A DNA stretch of 64,000 nucleotides. Source: Sulfolobales archaeon. GTDB taxonomy: Archaea > Thermoproteota > Thermoprotei_A > Sulfolobales > NBVN01. The notes beneath the pieces were generated by a model. The model was not told where the DNA came from and did not search any database. It saw only the letters and a list, made by a program, of their open reading frames with translations. Within the stretch, counting starts at the first letter, position 1. Each line of letters begins with the position of its first letter. A program made the translations under genes and the position numbers. The stretch covers positions 160,001 through 224,000 of the forward strand of contig JAWBTQ010000001.1 in the NCBI GenBank assembly GCA_038841535.1. The letters are read 5' to 3'. Positions 61,325 through 64,000 of this stretch are shown here, in pieces.

Positions 61325-61857
61325 ATACGACCAATCTTAGTATCTAGTAAACCTTATAAGCAAGTGCCTGAAACCGTAAGAATCGTTCCTTACTGTAGGT
61401 TACTATAGGCAGAGAACTTCTCTGGCATTTAAAGAAGGTTTTGTGGGCGAATCCTCCATCACCACTAGCTAGAGTAGCTGAATGACCTAAGCTCTCTACA
61501 GATTAAATGCTATAGCGGGTCCGCTATTCCAGACCTAGCTTTTAGAAAGCCCCTTTTCCAATATTCTCCGTTAGCTTAGACTAGCTATGCTAAAGTCCGC
61601 CGAAGATTGCTCTAACTGAGTTGCGAAGCTCCTTATTATCAGAAGTTTGTACTTGTCGGTTTGCGGGATTTAGTAAACGTGTTTCTCAAGGAAGCTACTT
61701 AGTAGGGCATCCACGCAGGGGCGCCCAGTACTAGAGCCTCTGCTGCCTCCGGATTTTTAACGCAAACAGGAGAGCAGACTCTGTCAAGAACATCAATATG
61801 TAGGGATGGGAAACTTGGGTGAGGTTAGACTCTGTGTGCTAGTAAGTTACGTCAACT

Positions 61858-62241
61858 CTACTTACCGCTTTCCCAAATGAAGTTGGGGACCTCTTGGACG
61901 TTTATTATTGGGACGTTTATTACTCCTGCCTTAAATCCCTTGCTTAACTCTATGTGTTCCCCTGTTTCATCTGATCTCACTACGGCATAGTTTCTGTCCA
62001 TCGGCATTCTACAGCCTTCATCGGGCCAGTAATATATGAGTGGGATCCCGTAATACCTATAAAAGTCCTTAAACACTGCCATTATTCCATAAACACACAC
62101 ATCACCTCCCGCAACAAGCCTCAGTATGTAAGTAGGTTGACCCATCATTATGCCTGAGGCAGCCAGCCTTACAAGATCTGCGAAATCCCTTACCCTAATC
62201 TTTACAACCTTACTCTCCAAACTCTCCAATCTAAACCCCAT
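61858..62241 (-). CDS. Conserved-looking hypothetical protein (127 aa)
   Basis: DLVRLA...YYGIPLIYY...PIINV; TATA-like tttaag upstream. Confidence 0.75.
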   Translation of the reverse strand: MGFRLESLESKVVKIRVRDFADLVRLAASGIMMGQPTYILRLVAGGDVCVYGIMAVFKDFYRYYGIPLIYYWPDEGCRMPMDRNYAVVRSDETGEHIELSKGFKAGVINVPIINVQEVPNFIWESGK

Positions 62242-62364
62242 AATTAGGGTAATGATACACTTAAAAAGAGGTTATCTACGTAAAGCGCCTCCCGCTGTGC
62301 TGCGATGTCCGACCTACCTGCTCTCTAAAATCATCGCTAGTACCTTCACAAATAGCGTTAGCCT

Positions 62365-62916
62365 CTAGCTTACCGGCTTTATTAAATGTATTTTACCGTC
62401 TTCAGCACTAACGGTTAGTAGGCAGTCTCCTCTTATGTAGCAAAGCGCTACGAGAGCAGATACTATTGCGTCGCGTAGGTCCTTACCTAGTGCTTTTCGT
62501 CTGTAGATACCTAAACTTACCCCAAGTTTTTCTGCGAGTACGAAACAGTCGTTGAGCCCTGAACTCTTTAAAGCACTCCTTGGATGAGTCTCTATGACCT
62601 CGATACCTTCTGTTGATAGTCTCTCGTACAGTCTCCAACCTCTTCGAGTAAGCTTCCTCATGTATCCGAAATTGGGTGGTAGTACTCTAAAACCTCTTTT
62701 TATAGCTTCTCTATCTACGTGCCTAAACACTGGTTCTCTTGATAAGGGAGAATCGACGCTGACTAGTCTTACTTGGTCTGATAGTATGTTGGTCATTATC
62801 TCTTCATCACTGTAGAGACAAATTGCTTTAGCCAAGGTCATAGTATTGAGGTCTATGACTGCATATCCGCTGCAGTTATAGCTTTCAGCTGCTAGGTCCA
62901 GCCCGGAAACCTTCAT
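62365..62916 (-). CDS. DUF429-like predicted nuclease (RNase H/RuvC-like fold)
   Basis: GLDLAA, VDSPLS, R.VDR, IETHP, DA..SAL acidic motif pattern. Confidence 0.85.
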   Translation of the reverse strand: MKVSGLDLAAESYNCSGYAVIDLNTMTLAKAICLYSDEEIMTNILSDQVRLVSVDSPLSREPVFRHVDREAIKRGFRVLPPNFGYMRKLTRRGWRLYERLSTEGIEVIETHPRSALKSSGLNDCFVLAEKLGVSLGIYRRKALGKDLRDAIVSALVALCYIRGDCLLTVSAEDGKIHLIKPVS

Positions 62917-62949
62917 ATACTGACGCCTTACTTAGAGCCTCTATATCAA

Positions 62950-63125
62950 GGTTGAGCTCTGATATAATTTCATATTATGTGATGTCGTCGCCTCATCTCC
63001 GTTCCCCCGCATCCCGCTCGGGCTCTCATCGGGCTTTGGGGTGTTCGAGGCGACCCAGAACCCCCATACCCTGAGTAGCCGAGGAACGGATAGTTGCCCG
63101 TGTCCACCAGTTTTCGTGGGCATAA
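62950..63125 (-). mobile_element. tnpB 3' remnant with family A omegaRNA-like copy (A3)
   Basis: gtatgggggttctgggtcgcctcgaacacccc...cgatgagagcccgagcgggatgcggg...gagctcaacc aligns with A1/A2; upstream scrap CPR-KLVDTG. Confidence 0.75.
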
Positions 63126-63144
63126 GATCATTCCACCTGAGCAT

Positions 63145-63367
63145 ACCGTTTCCCGCTCTAGGTTTTTTAGGTTTTCCTAGGGCGGGTTGTGCCCTCAGCC
63201 CTGCGGTTCACTGCGGCTACCAACCACTCTACGCAGGGGTCACGGGCACCCTTCGAGCCCAACGGCACGGGGCTCACATCTAGCTCTACCTCTAGGTGTC
63301 TCGAAGTACCTCTCATCATCACGAAAAATCCCACAAAACCTTTATAAACCTAGCGCACTAAAACAGT
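63145..63367 (-). mobile_element. Non-autonomous mini-element, family B (B2)
   Basis: Imperfect terminal inverted repeats actgttttagtgcgctaggtttata / taaaaacctagagcgggaaacggt; TATA tttataaa at 63341-63348; core homologous to B1. Confidence 0.78.
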
Positions 63368-63411
63368 TGCCAACCCTGTATTCCCCTACGGCTACCGGGC
63401 CTTGCTTTTAT

Positions 63412-63466
63412 CCCAAGAGTAGTTCACGGAGCTTCGTCCCTCGTCAATGGCTCATCAGCTCACGGG
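63412..63466 (-). ncRNA. Degenerate type I hammerhead-like fold
   Basis: cccgtgag-CTGATGA-gccattgacgagggac-GAA-gctccgtgaac-TA-ctcttggg; missing one A of GAAA, imperfect stems II and III. Confidence 0.35.
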
Positions 63467-63669
63467 CTCCGATATATCTAAGTAATCTAAGTACCAAGTA
63501 CTTTTTAGTGGCTAGCTTGGAGCCGAAATCCCTGAAAATCTCTCAGGTAACTAAAAGAACCAAAAACTAAGCAACCAGCAAACAGCCCTGTAGAGTCACT
63601 CAGACATTATAGTACTTGTTTTATCCTCAAATACCTTATATAACAAAACCAGCTTGTAAGACTTCACCT

Positions 63670-64000
63670 AGGAAACGGTCCCCAAACCATGCTCCTAATT
63701 CTCTCACCATGCCTCTCGATAGCTTTCTTAACGTCTCTAATAAGCCTTCAGGACCTAGGATAGCGTTTCTGAATGCTCTGAATCCATATTCTGTGAGTCA
63801 GTATCTTCCTAAGAGTGTCTTGAACCTCTTGAGCCTGAGGAGCTTACCTTTGTTATTAAACACGGTTAGCGTGGTGCCGTCCAAGTTTATGTCCACGGTC
63901 ATAACTGCTCTAATTGTCCTTTAGCTTAATTTTCCTGGAGTAAAATAGATACGTAGATACCTCTATCACCAACTCTCACAGTCAGTCTTCTTGGAACAGG
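63670..64000 (-). pseudogene. tnpB: tnpB pseudogene, RuvC-I region (continues off-window)
   Basis: AVMTVDINLD...LLRLKRFKT, frameshift, then RKILTHRIWIQSIQKRYPRS*RLI...IERHGERIR; stops and frameshifts present. Confidence 0.85.

Noticed and set aside
63095-63122. A3 hairpin tgccc/gggca with an 18-nt loop as a counterpart of the A2 loop
   Set aside because: The loop is not complementary to the A3 flank and is explained as residual tnpB codons (CPR-KLVDTG).
1-64000. CRISPR array or cas operon suggested by the cas4-like gene
   Set aside because: No regularly spaced 24-40 nt direct repeats and no other cas genes were seen in the window.

Overview
Archaeal chromosomal DNA, most likely Thermoproteota (Desulfurococcales-like), judged from Elf1, a CdvB/ESCRT-III paralog, GGGP synthase, eL19/eL32/eS4 and an intron-bearing tRNA. 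Most of the window is housekeeping: three tRNAs (Phe, His, Gly), tRNA modification and splicing genes (taw1, THUMP, archease, rtcB), lipid genes, proS, pelota and the S10/spc ribosomal cluster (40.4-58.2 kb). No CRISPR array, rRNA or intact transposase was seen. The least ordinary signal is a dispersed set of TnpB-derived sequences. There are two tnpB pseudogenes and at least seven copies of two omegaRNA-like scaffolds. Family A is anchored by a copy still attached to a tnpB pseudogene; family B's tnpB origin is inferred. Three copies are compact 220-280 bp protein-free mini-elements with (A/G)CTGT...AC(A/G)GT termini and a TATA-like box in the left end. In all three, the variable internal segment is partly complementary to the element's own downstream flank, where the guide would be. 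Two of them bracket an rtcB block that splits the S10 operon between rps19 and rpl22. At the right edge, a nested stack of these elements contains a degenerate hammerhead-like fold and lies just upstream of a DUF429 nuclease gene. A C/D-box sRNA and a small unannotated lysine-rich ORF were also found. All assignments come from reading motifs by eye; no database search was run.
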